Positions 35,501 to 46,419 of a stretch of 50,352 nucleotides of DNA are shown piece by piece (the first letter of the stretch is position 1; the number at the start of each line of letters is the position of its first letter). A model generated the notes under the pieces. The model did no database searches, was not told where the DNA came from, and saw only the letters and a list, made by a program, of their open reading frames with translations. This DNA is from Chiloscyllium plagiosum (Eukaryota): NCBI RefSeq assembly GCF_004010195.1, contig NC_057718.1:54261585-54311936 (forward strand). Reading direction: 5' to 3'. Made by a program: the position numbers and the translations under genes.

Positions 35501-35914
35501 AATACCCACGTATTGTGCCTCCCTGCTACCAGCAATTAATAAGAAGACTTCAGAATTTTATGCATCTGTACATATTGTACATAATGTGTCAATAGTAAAG
35601 CAGCAGTTTAGTTATCTGCTTATTTATAATGCTACTGTGATAAATTGAATTCAGAATTTAAGGCATTGGGGAACACAAGTACATTGTACGCTTTCATCAG
35701 AAAGTGATTTTTAAAAAAAAGAAACTTAAATTACTGACGCTAAAATGTAGAAACTTTGAATCCATGGTATTTAGGAAACAGGGTACCAATTGACAATTTG
35801 AAGCTCCGCTTAAGACTCATAGATTTGCCATTTAGACATATCCTTCAGCAATGAAGCACCTTTTCAGTTCAGAACACAGCCATGTCCATTATTGTTTAAT
35901 TCACTCTGACATAC

Positions 35915-36070
35915 AATTCTTGCACGTAAATGCAGTTCCTGAACTATGGGCATCCATGAGAGACCAGCACATAAACTGTTCTGATGTGTGAAATTCCATT
36001 TGCTATAAATCTTCAAAAAGTCATTTCGATAGTCCTCTTTGACAAAAGTCAACAGCAGGAGATCATCAAC
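35915..36070 (-). CDS. Candidate internal exon (phase 0 to 0): VDDLLLLTFVKEDYRNDFLKIYSKWNFTHQNSLCAGLSWMPIVQELHLRARI
   Basis: Acceptor ...tttccttttt gtgagcataaacccag, donor gtatgt; 156 nt with only this frame open; unique sequence; protein-like composition. Confidence 0.5.
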
Positions 36071-39000
36071 CTGGGTTTATGCTCACAAAAAGGAAATGTT
36101 TTCTGCCTGATTTCCTAAAACCCACTAAGAGTTATTACCAAGCCATTATCAAAGTGCTTTGTGAATTAGAACTCTCCAGCTTTGAGAGCAAGGGCACTGA
36201 ACAATTCGGCACATATGGAAAATTATATCTCATTTATTTTTCAACAACTTTAGAGTGCAAAATAAATACAATGGTATTGTGAAGTCTCAAGTAAAAACAT
36301 TAATATTATATAACTGCATTTACCAGTTTGGATTAATTACCTTATGCATATAGAAGAAAGGTCACAGTTAACAAGAGGCTCAAATTCCCCACCAGAGGCT
36401 AGAAATAGGAATCAGGACTCTTTTGGGTCCTAAATGTATCTGAGATGAGAAATAGATTAAAGTCAAGATTGTCACATGGTTGAGCTCTTATTTGAACCTT
36501 TGGAGACTGGTTCCACCTGCCAGATAAGGAAGGTGGCAGGTTCTCAAAACAGGAGAGGCAGTCAGAGATCATCCAAACAGTACAAGAAATTGGGAAGGTA
36601 GCTCAACAAGAAAGTACTGTCTCAGCCACTTTTTGACAACTTTAATAAACGTGAACAACAGTCAGGTCACCACTGTGGGTGAGGGCTTGGTTGGGAGGGA
36701 TTAGGAGGGGGTGAAGCAGGGAATGGGACAGCTTTTAGCTCTGCCCCCACTGAGACAGGGAGGACCTCAGCGCCTCCTGGGAGCACGGGCAACCCAGCCT
36801 ACTTCTGGCACATAATCTGGTACCCAAACTACATTAGCAAGAAATGTACAGGTCAGAGTATTTTGTGTTGCTAAGCACAAGACCTTCCACTACTTAATAA
36901 AGGGGGGGGATGTTAGGACATGGTTGATAGTATCATAAAGCAACCATTTGCTCATTGTCTTGTAATATTCAAATTAAAATGTTTTTGTTTACACATTTTA
37001 TAAATAGAGTATGTTTTTGGAGAAAAACGTTTCCACATATAGACTTGGACATTGAATATGGAGCAATATGTCAGATGTTGACTGAGACGGGGAGCTTTCA
37101 TTGAGTTCCTACTTTACCTTTTGTTAATATCACTCTCATGGGCCAGCACCATATCATTCCTACGATTTCACTGAAGACCAGCGTGCTGAAGGTTAGTGAT
37201 GGATAAAACCTTAGTAAGGGCAACTGTAATTTGGTTTAAGACTGCAGACATCTCCGTCCAGATAAAAACAAACTTGCATGTTTATTCCCAATATGCAATT
37301 TGCAGAATTGGCAATGTCTGACTGCTTACTTACTTTCTATGCAATGCTTAGACAGTCACAAGCTACACACCACATTATTATTCTCTTAAGTCACACTTTT
37401 TTAATGAAGTGATTTTACAGAAAATGATAAGCATTGTTGTAGGGCTTTTATTCTGATGCTGATATACATTAATATTTATTATCCAATAATTATAGGTCCA
37501 TAACCATCCAAGCATCTAATGTAGAACTACAAATAGGATGTAAAGAAATATTGCTACACTAATTAATTCATGTACAGCTTTTATTGGTTGGCATTATTAT
37601 TGATATGCTGAATCTTAATTAGAATTCAGTCTAATGCAAAGTGGACACTTTACATAATCCACAGTTGATTACCGCAAAGGACAAATGCAATTGGAAAAAT
37701 TAAATTATCAGAAAGGTTGTCATTGTAAATAACTCTGAGCTGAACTGCGCTTGCAGCACTGTCTTTGCTGGTATATTTTAAAACATGGCAAAGGATCCCT
37801 GGGCTGGAGATTCATGATGACCCACTCCATTGACATAACTTTTGCTGGCAGAGAGAAACTATTGTATATACTCACTCAATGCAAACTAAACTCTTGTCTT
37901 GCACATTGGCTAGCAGTGCTTGAAAGAGTGCATCAGAATTAACCTCTCCACCAAGCAAAAATCCAACATTCAAAGGCAGATTGGGATCTTATTGAGAATC
38001 TAAAAAAGCACTATTTTAAAGACTCTAATGCACAGTGGAGCCATTCCAACTAGGGATGTTAATCTTCCTCTTCAAGGTTCAAATACTTCTCTCAAGTAAA
38101 GGTTTGCAGACTTGAGAAGTCTTCAAAGAGTTTCAGGTCATGTCTAACTAGCATTTCATCAGCTGCAGTTTTTCAAGAGTTAGAAGATATAATTTCCCAG
38201 TCTCTTATACAGCCATTAACATAGGGATGGTAGTTCTGCCTATAGCCCTTCACGTTATCTGAAATATAAAGGTCAAGTTTCTGTTTTCTGCTTGCTACTG
38301 CAATGTACATCATAGACTGGAATGAAATTTAGGCAACAGTAACTAGAACCAGATGAAATTACTTTGAAATATCAGATACTGTGAATTACTAGTGGAACAT
38401 AACATTTCAAATGCCAAAGTTGAGAATCATTAAAATGGAATAACATAATGGTTTATTCAGTTTCAAACAGTTTGTAGCCAAAGATATAGATGAATTATTA
38501 ATGTGGGGATGTAGGAAATAGAACATTTTCAGATGTATGAAATATTAGAAACCTTTCAATGATAATTTGTTTTGACTCTTCCAAACTCAAAGGTACGGCC
38601 TTATTATGGGGACCCTCGTTCTGCATTGGGTGCCCTCAGTTGCCTCACAGAAGCGATTATTTTTTATGTATGATAATTTTGATGAATTATTTCCCACAGA
38701 GGCATCACAGCAAAATCTAGTTCTCTCCTGACACAATATTCCCACATTCTCTATCATAAACCATTGCAAAGCGCTTGTGTGAAAATCCTGCCTACTTCCC
38801 TCTGCAAGTCTACAGGACTTTAATTAAGTTTGGTCACACAACTGCTTCTTACTGCTCTCTTTGGTTAGGATGAATTAACTCAACATCAATTCAAGCTTTA
38901 AAAAACTAATGCAATAACTAAAGTGTCTATAGTTGACCTTCCAATCTACTTCAGAGGTAAAAAAATTCATCCAGTGCAGTTAGTTATGCATGCAAACATG

Positions 39001-39315
39001 GATGCTAGTTGTTGATAAATGTATACCACAAAAACCAGCAGCTAAAAAGCTGGATAATCTGTCGTCTTTGATATTTGTGGGAGAATTGCTGATCATGACG
39101 CCAGACAAATTTCCTCCACTTTTCAAATTATTCCTTGAGGTACTTAATTATTTGGCTGGCTGATAATTTCCCATTGGATTGCAGAAGGTCTATGTTCTGA
39201 AAATTCTGCTTCTGGTTGTCGAGGTAAGTGAGGCTGCTCAACTTGGAAAGAAATAATGGAGCAACTGCTTTAATCCAATTTACTTTACAGCAATACTATT
39301 GAGATGATGACAGCT

Positions 39316-39356
39316 ATTGTCAATATCATCAAGTCATTGTCAATATCATCAAGTCA
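39316..39356. repeat. Perfect 20-bp tandem duplication (attgtcaatatcatcaagtc x2)
   Basis: Directly visible. Confidence 0.95.
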
Positions 39357-39444
39357 GTGTGTTCCATTGGAAGGCTGGAATTTTCCACAAAGGTTACAAG
39401 CTAACTCAGTTCTAAAATGCTTGAGAGAATTTCTTTCACAACTG

Positions 39445-39750
39445 TAACCTAGTTAGCAGTATTTTGTCTCTAAGTAAGAAGATTGCAGATTCAAATTCCA
39501 CTTCAGAAACTTGAAGATGCTGAAGAAGATTCTCATATTTCAATCAAAATTCATGGTAATGTAGGTCATTTAGTCATTATCACACTGCTGTTTATGAAAG
39601 CTTGCTGTACACAATTTAACTGACACACTTCCAACTTTGCAGCAACTATGACGACATTTCAAACTTACTTCAAAAATAGACCACAAAGTACCTTAGATCT
39701 CCCAAGACAATGAAAGATTCTAACTAAGTGTGAGTCTTTCTTTCCTTTCT
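39445..39750 (+). mobile_element. Ancient Deu-domain SINE (SacSINE1/AmnSINE-like), decayed
   Basis: tRNA-like head (gattcaaattcc), then attatcacactgctgtttatgaaagcttgctgtacacaattt...tgaaagattctaactaagtgtgagtctttcttt, matching the DeuSINE central and 3' pattern. Confidence 0.6.
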
Positions 39751-41140
39751 TTCATACAGTCATAGATTTTCTATTTACAGGCTGTAGAAACCCTCTTCTT
39801 TATGACAGGCTAGTCAATCAAAAAAGTGCAGCACTAAATTCTGTCAAGCAGCTGAAAGCAGAAATCCTTTAACCATCTAAAATAATATTGAAGAAGTATT
39901 CATGGTTCACCACTTACCAAGTAATGTCATATTCAGTGAGTAACAGCAACATCTAATCATTGTGTTTGACTTAAAGCAGTCAGTGAAACTCTGCAACTTG
40001 TATCAGAGTTCATTCTTCCAAAAGGGATTCACTTTGAAAGAGTGGGAGATGAGAGTCCAAAGTTTCATCTGAGCATCGAGGCATGTTTTAATATCATTGT
40101 AGATTGCAGCTTGTTGACACAAGCTAAAAGAATTACAAATGTTACAGTGTTATTTTCACATGGAAGAATGCATTTATTTTTCTTATTATCAATTATATTA
40201 TATTTAATAGAGGCTTTTATTAGATGGTGAGATATTTTATTTTTCTTCAAGGAAGGTACAATATTTTCCACTGATACGTGATTTACTAATATAGAATTCA
40301 AAATAACACTTTTCTTTTGTATTTATTCAATACTTCCACCACCAGGAAAACACCCATGTGTCCAGTGAACAAGTAACAAACAAAGCCTGATAAAGGCAAT
40401 GCTAATATGAAGGGGGAGGGTAGAGATTAAATCAAAAAAGATTTGGAGGAGGAAATAAAGCACTCCATACCCACAGTCCCCACCTTTCCCTAAAGGCATC
40501 AAGAGCAAGAACAACACTTGGTACATGTGACAGCAGTAAATAAATTAGTCAATCAATCAAAATAATGGATAATATGTGAGTGACTCTGGAATATACATGC
40601 AGTTGCACAAAAGATACGTGAGGGGCAGGATTGGCTGGGGCTGGGGGGAGTGAGGCCTTATATTTAGGGATGATTTAAGCAATTTTAGGAGTAAAGCTAC
40701 TGTTGCTAAGCACGTCCCCTCCTTAGCACCCACTCTCCTCCCTTCCTATTTTGGAGGCTGCAAATTACTTTGTGACCCCAAACCATGCGGAAAAAGCAAA
40801 CAAAACTTTAGACAAGATCACATGTCAGTCAGGCATGCACTCCCAAAAGGAAACTGCAGCCCTAGGTGTTACATTTTTGAAGCAAAGTATCAAACATGGT
40901 ACAGCTGCAAGCCAGGATTCACAGTGTACAACAGAGGAAATAAATCTTATGCATTTGAATTCAAACTGTGTTGCATCCTTGTTTGCTATTTGTTACAACT
41001 GAACAGGAACCAGTCATAAAATGGAAAGAAATAATTTTAGAAGGATTGAGTATGAAACAATAGGAGATGTGATGTGTCTGTTTTAAAAAAAAAGGTATAG
41101 TTCCCACTGCTTGAAATGCATCTAGAATTGATCACTGGTA

Positions 41141-41308
41141 CAGAGGAACCTTGATTATCCGAAGGACTTGGATGGGGAGTATTTCATTCGTTTAATCGAA
41201 TTCCGGATAATCGAATGCCAGATAACAGCCCAGCATCGGGACCTTGCAATCTTGTTTGGATAATCTGAAATTCGATTAAACAAATGCCGAATAATCAAGG
41301 TTCCTCTG
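41141..41308. mobile_element. pogo/Tigger-type MITE, 168 bp
   Basis: Perfect 18-bp TIR cagaggaaccttgattat / ataatcaaggttcctctg, flanked by TA at 41139-41140 and 41309-41310. Confidence 0.9.
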
Positions 41309-41515
41309 TATACCATACCTTATTACTATGTCAAGACTGATCTTACTTCCTCATGAGTTTTTTCACCGTTTTACTGTTTTAACCTCCCTGACATTGCGGT
41401 GCAGACTGCAGCCCTTTTTCAGTGCAACATTATGCAGCCTGCAGTAAATGAAAACTATTTTGTAAACCTTGAAACGTTTGTCCTGTAAGATTAGTCAAAA
41501 TCAGTTCACACTTAC

Positions 41516-41649
41516 GCAGATAACAGCACAGGTATACCACACCTTCATTTGAACTTCGTTCTAGCTCTGTCAAGGTTAGTACTTTGTTATCAGCATTGTG
41601 GCCTCTAAGTTGTGTATGTCTGTTCAGAATATGCAATGAAATACCCTGG
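41516..41649 (-). CDS. Candidate internal exon: (S)QGISLHILNRHTQLRGHNADNKVLTLTELERSSNEGVVYLCCYL
   Basis: Consensus donor gtaagt; acceptor gttgtgtgtag (start 41649) or ccag (start 41645); open frame in unique sequence. Confidence 0.45.
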
Positions 41650-41747
41650 CTACACACAACCAACTTTAATTCTAAACTCAATTGTGCACAGCTGTGTTGC
41701 AATCTTAATCTTTTAATTACTCCCTGCCAATTTTGGTTAAATATAGA

Positions 41748-42095
41748 TAGTACAGTGGCTCCGTATTTAGCACTGCTGCTACACAGCATCAGGGATCAGG
41801 GTTCGATCCTAGTCTCGGGCGACTGTATGGATTGTGCACATTCTCCCCGTGTATGCATGGGTTTCCTCCAGGTGCTCCGGTTTCCTCCCAGCATCCAAAG
41901 ATGTGCAGGTCAGGTGGATTGGCCATGCTAAATTGGCAATAGTGTTGGAGGTACGTGCACACTAGGTGGGTTAGCTCTGGTAACTGTGGGGTAAAAGAGA
42001 GAGGAGGGGGGTTGGGTTTGAGTGTGATGTTCTTTGGAGAATCAGTGCAGACCTGATGGGCTGAATGACCTCTTTCCACACTGTCAGGATTCTAC
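41748..42095 (+). mobile_element. Older HE1/V-SINE-type SINE
   Basis: tagcactgctgct...gggttcgatcc head, the gggtttcctcc.ggtgctccggtttcctccca core, and a CR1-like 3' end. Confidence 0.85.
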
Positions 42096-42190
42096 AGCTC
42101 AATCAGGGTGCAGTGCAAAAAGAGGCCTTGCAGAAAAAAGAGCAATTAAAATGAACATTGATTGTCAGTAATCACGGTTTCTTAGCATAC

Positions 42191-42251
42191 CTTGATCTTC
42201 CTGAGATTTTCTTCCATTCTTCCTTCAAATATGGGCAACATGAACAATTAT
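42191..42251 (-). CDS. Candidate internal exon (phase 1 to 2): xNCSCCPYLKEEWKKISGRS
   Basis: Acceptor catttttctgttaag, donor AAG|gtatgc; only one frame open; joins 41649 in frame. Confidence 0.35.
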
Positions 42252-42479
42252 CTTAACAGAAAAATGTCATGGGAGCATTCAGAAAAGAAGTCACTAACAT
42301 ACATATCCAGAAGGTATGCAAAAAAAAGCCTCAAAAATATTGATCCGAGCAATCCCTGCCAAATGGAGGTGACACAGATTACTGTTAATAATGCTCCAGA
42401 CTTTGGAAAAGAATGCAGTCCTGCAAACTTGTGCTGCTTTCTCAGATTAGCCTGTGGTTAAAGTGCTAAATCAAAGAGA

Positions 42480-42830
42480 GATTTTGATTATATGGAGAAA
42501 CTGGAGAAGCTATATCATTCTTCTTACAGGTGGGGAGGTTAGGGTGAGATTTCATCGAGATGTTCAAATTATGAGAGATTTTGATAAATAGGAAGATATT
42601 GTTTCTACTGGCAAAGGGTAGGTAACAGAGGACATCTTTGTGGTGATTGACAACATAACCTGAGGGATATTACGAAAAACCTCTATACAGCAAGTTGACC
42701 TGGCCTGGAATGCACTCTGTGATAGGATAGTCGAAGCATTTTCAGTGATACCCTTAAAAGTGGAATTGGAGGGGGATCCAAGAGGGCAGTGGTCTGAATG
42801 GTGTGCTTTGATGGGCTCTGCATCACAGCA
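42480..42830 (+). mobile_element. Old CR1 3' fragment
   Basis: Degenerate ..EKLEKL...LG*DFIEMFKIMRDFDK...VTRGH...WNAL, followed by the 3' UTR. Confidence 0.65.
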
Positions 42831-42929
42831 CACAAAAAGTAGCGCTGTAACCCAAACCACTCAAGTCATTCCATTAAAATTCAGTGTTGGAATAGTCATA
42901 GGATCTTTAGTAATCCCGTTTGTGTCGAC

Positions 42930-45900
42930 TGGAAATAACAAAATGGAAAAGGATCGAGTAAGTCCCAGCACAAGGGGCACCTGTTGGAAACATTGAGTTT
43001 GCCCACAGCCAGTGCTGTGAACAACCCTCCCAGTTTGATGGACCTGTTTACTAACCAGGTCTTTGTCACGGAGCTCACAAAGTTGTGCGAAAAGATCAAA
43101 GACACAATCGAAGGAAAGTTTAATCGTAAGTTGGACTCATTCTCCACCGTAATTCAAAAACATGAGCATCAACTTGAAAACCTTGTGAAGAGAGCTGATG
43201 AGATCGAGGGTCTATCCACAGTGGCAGAGACCGTGATTGGTTCATCAAAAGATCAGATCTATGTCCTTGAAAAGCAGCTCTATAACTTATTGGATCAGGT
43301 TGACGATCTTAAGAGGAGGAAGAATGTCCGTATCGTTGGAATGCCGGAGGGGATAGAAGGCGGTCAGGCAGTGAGTCTTTTCGAGAACTGGCTGCCAAGA
43401 TTCCTCACTTAGAAGTTGAAGTGGGTGAAAATTGAAAGAGTTTACTAGGTTAAGGTGCACAGGTCAGGTTCAGACCAGCATCCCCGTCCTGTCCTCATGC
43501 AGTTTCACAACTAAGGGGACAAACAAAGAGTCATGGAAGGCTCTAGAATGCAGGGAAAATACCTAAAGGCTTTAATTCATGAGGGCTCCAGAATTATGTT
43601 CTTACAGGACGTTTCAGCAGCAATGATTTGGAAAAGGAAGTCTTTTGATGATATCAAGAAAAGGCTAAGGGAACTAGGGATTCAGTATTCTTTAGGGTAC
43701 CCAGCGGGCTTCAGTTTGCTTTCATTGGATCTGCACATTCATTCAACTCTCCAGAGAAATTTTGTGGACATGTTAAGTTAGACTGAATGGTTTAATAGGT
43801 ACAATTAATAGTGTGTTTTTTTCTCTTAAAGAAAGTTCTGTTGGGTTTTTTTTGTATTAACCAGCATTAAATTATAGGTAGGGACAGGCAGAGTACTCAC
43901 TTTTAACTTCTTCATTAACATTACTCTTTTTCCTCTTTTTTTTCTTGTGTCTGTGGTGTGGCTCAAGCTAGAAGGAGTTAAGAAGGTGGCTGTGATAATT
44001 ACATGCCTATCTATGGGCAGCTCAAGCCCAGTTTTTGTGTTCAATTGCCAAGCAATGGGGAAGAAGGTAAGGTTTTGGGATGTATTGGTGCCCCTGGGGG
44101 GGGGGGGGGGGGGGGGATGCAGGGTGGTAAGTTCCCCTATTCAGTGCCATTGGTGACTAGTATTTTGTTTTGGTTTTTGGTACTTGTTGTACATAGCTCT
44201 TGAAAGTTTTGAAATTTTACTAGCTGTCGGTGTTTTAGTTTGTTTAGTTTTTAGATTCCATGAACCTCTTTTCTTTGAGGCTCAGCGATTTGTAATTCAA
44301 GTTCTTCCTCTCTGGAGTCTAAATTTTGCCACAGAATGTTATGGCTCATGACATGTTTAAATGGTGTACCTGGAACATTAAGGGGAGCCATTCGCCAGTC
44401 AAGAAGAAAAGGGTACTTTTCTGTCTCAAAAAGGAGAGGGTGGATTTTGCCTTTTTGCAGGCGATACACCTGAATGATAAGGAACATGTGAAATTACAAC
44501 AGGGTAGGTTTGATCGGTTTTATTTTTCATCTTTTAATACCAGGAGTAGGGGAGAATCTTGTTAGGAAGAATCTCCCATTTAAGTTACTAGATTGCATTA
44601 AAGACATGCATGGGAGGTTCATAATTCTCAAAGCTTCAATATATGGAGAATAACAACATATTTTGAATGTTTACTGCCCTCCGGCCCATCCCCTTAAACT
44701 CCTGGTAGATGCATTTTCTAAACTGATTAACCTTGCATCGCAGCACATTATCATAGAGGTTGATTTCAACTATCTTATGGATCCCACAGTAGACAGAACG
44801 CCCAAAGGCCCCCCAGATCCTCTTTATAGTCTAAACAATTGGTGGATTTATGTGTAGAATTAGGGCTGGTGGATGTCTCGAGGCATCTCCACCCCACAGG
44901 TAGAGATTTTACATTCTTTTCCAACCCACACAAGTGCCACACCAGGATTGATCTCTTTCTAACCTTTGCAGCGCTCTTGGACTCAGTGGCATCTTGTACA
45001 ATTGGGGATATTATCATCTCTGGTCACACAGCAGTATACTTATTGGTTAAGATTAAGGGCAATATAACAGGTCTGAGACACTGCAAAATGGATCTCTTTA
45101 TTCTTAAGGATAGTAAGTTCTTTGAGTATTTCTCCAATGAATTGAGGGCTTTCTTAACCATTAATACAGACTCGGCAGTACTCCATCCATTCTATGGGAA
45201 ACTGCTAAAGCTTATGCCAAGGGGAACAATAATTTCTTATTCTGCCAGTAGGAAGCGGTAGAAGGCAGAGCAGCAATGCTTGCTCGAATCGTGGTTGAAG
45301 GCAGCCGAGAAGTCATATTTTAATAGACCCTTAGTGGCTAAGCTCCAGAGGGTCACAGCACTTTGGTCTACATTGAACTCCATGCTCACACAAACAGCCA
45401 AGAAGGAACTTTTGCAAAATAAAGGTTTTTGAGCATGTCGATAAACTGGGCAAGTACTTAGCGTATCTTGCCAAGAAAAAGAGTGCCCCCCCAAGACATT
45501 ACCTCAGTTAGGGAAGGGACTGGAACCCTTACCTGCGATTCTCAAAAGATTAACGCGCCACTTCAGAGATTTTACTCTGAATTATATCAGTCTGAGGGTT
45601 TTGAGGATGGGCATGTTAAGATGGAGGCTTTTTTCAAGAACCTGGATCTTCCAGGTGTAACCACCGAACAAGAGTCTTTCCTTAACACCCCTTTATCAGT
45701 GCAGGAGGTGCAGGAACCTGTGAATCAGCTTTAGAGTGGAAAGGTGCTCGGTCCTGATGGACTGCTCAGTGAATTTTATAAAGAATTTATAAACACGCGT
45801 CAGGATCAATGCTTAATATGTTCAATCACTCGCACAGTCACAATTGCCTCCCACCATCCTTAAGAGAGGCTTATTATTCTTATTCTCTCTTATTCTTAAG

Positions 45901-46405
45901 AAAGGGAAGACCCCAGAGGACTGTGCCTCCTATAGGCCAATCTCGCTTTTAAATGTTGATGTCAAAATCCTTTCTAAGACTCTTGCACTAAGGCTGGAAA
46001 CCGTGCTGCCTACCATTGTCAAAGAGGAACAGATGGGCTTTATATACGGCTGCAGGTCTTCCAACAATATTAGGAGATTACTCATTATGATCCAAGCATG
46101 TCAACAACAACCTATACAAGGATTAGTGATCTCTCAAGATGCAGAGAAAGTGTTTGATCGGGTTGAGTTCCATATCTTTTCTATACTCCTGAACTGCGTG
46201 GTGTAGGTAAAGCCTTTATTATGTGGGTAAGGGTCTTTTATAGTGATCCTCTGGCTGCAGTTCTCACCAATGATTTGCGACCCAGCAATTTTAATATTTT
46301 TAGGAGCAGCCAACAAGGTTGTACCCTCTCGCCATTGATTTTTATTTTGGTGACTGAGCTGCTGGCAGAGGCCATTTGTAGGGACCCCAACCTAACGTGG
46401 GATTA
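42930..46405 (+). mobile_element. L1-clade LINE: ORF1, inter-ORF spacer, ORF2 endonuclease and RT domains, broken by a CR1 insertion; pseudogenised
   Basis: ORF1 coiled coil with DDLKRRKNVRIVGMPEGIEG and PRPVLMQFH. ORF2 TWNIKGSHSPVKKKRV, NVYCP, DFN, RIDLFL, YRPISLLNVDVKILSK, DAEKVFDRVE, QGCTLSPLIF. Confidence 0.9.
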
Positions 46406-46419
46406 AACTCACACAAGAT

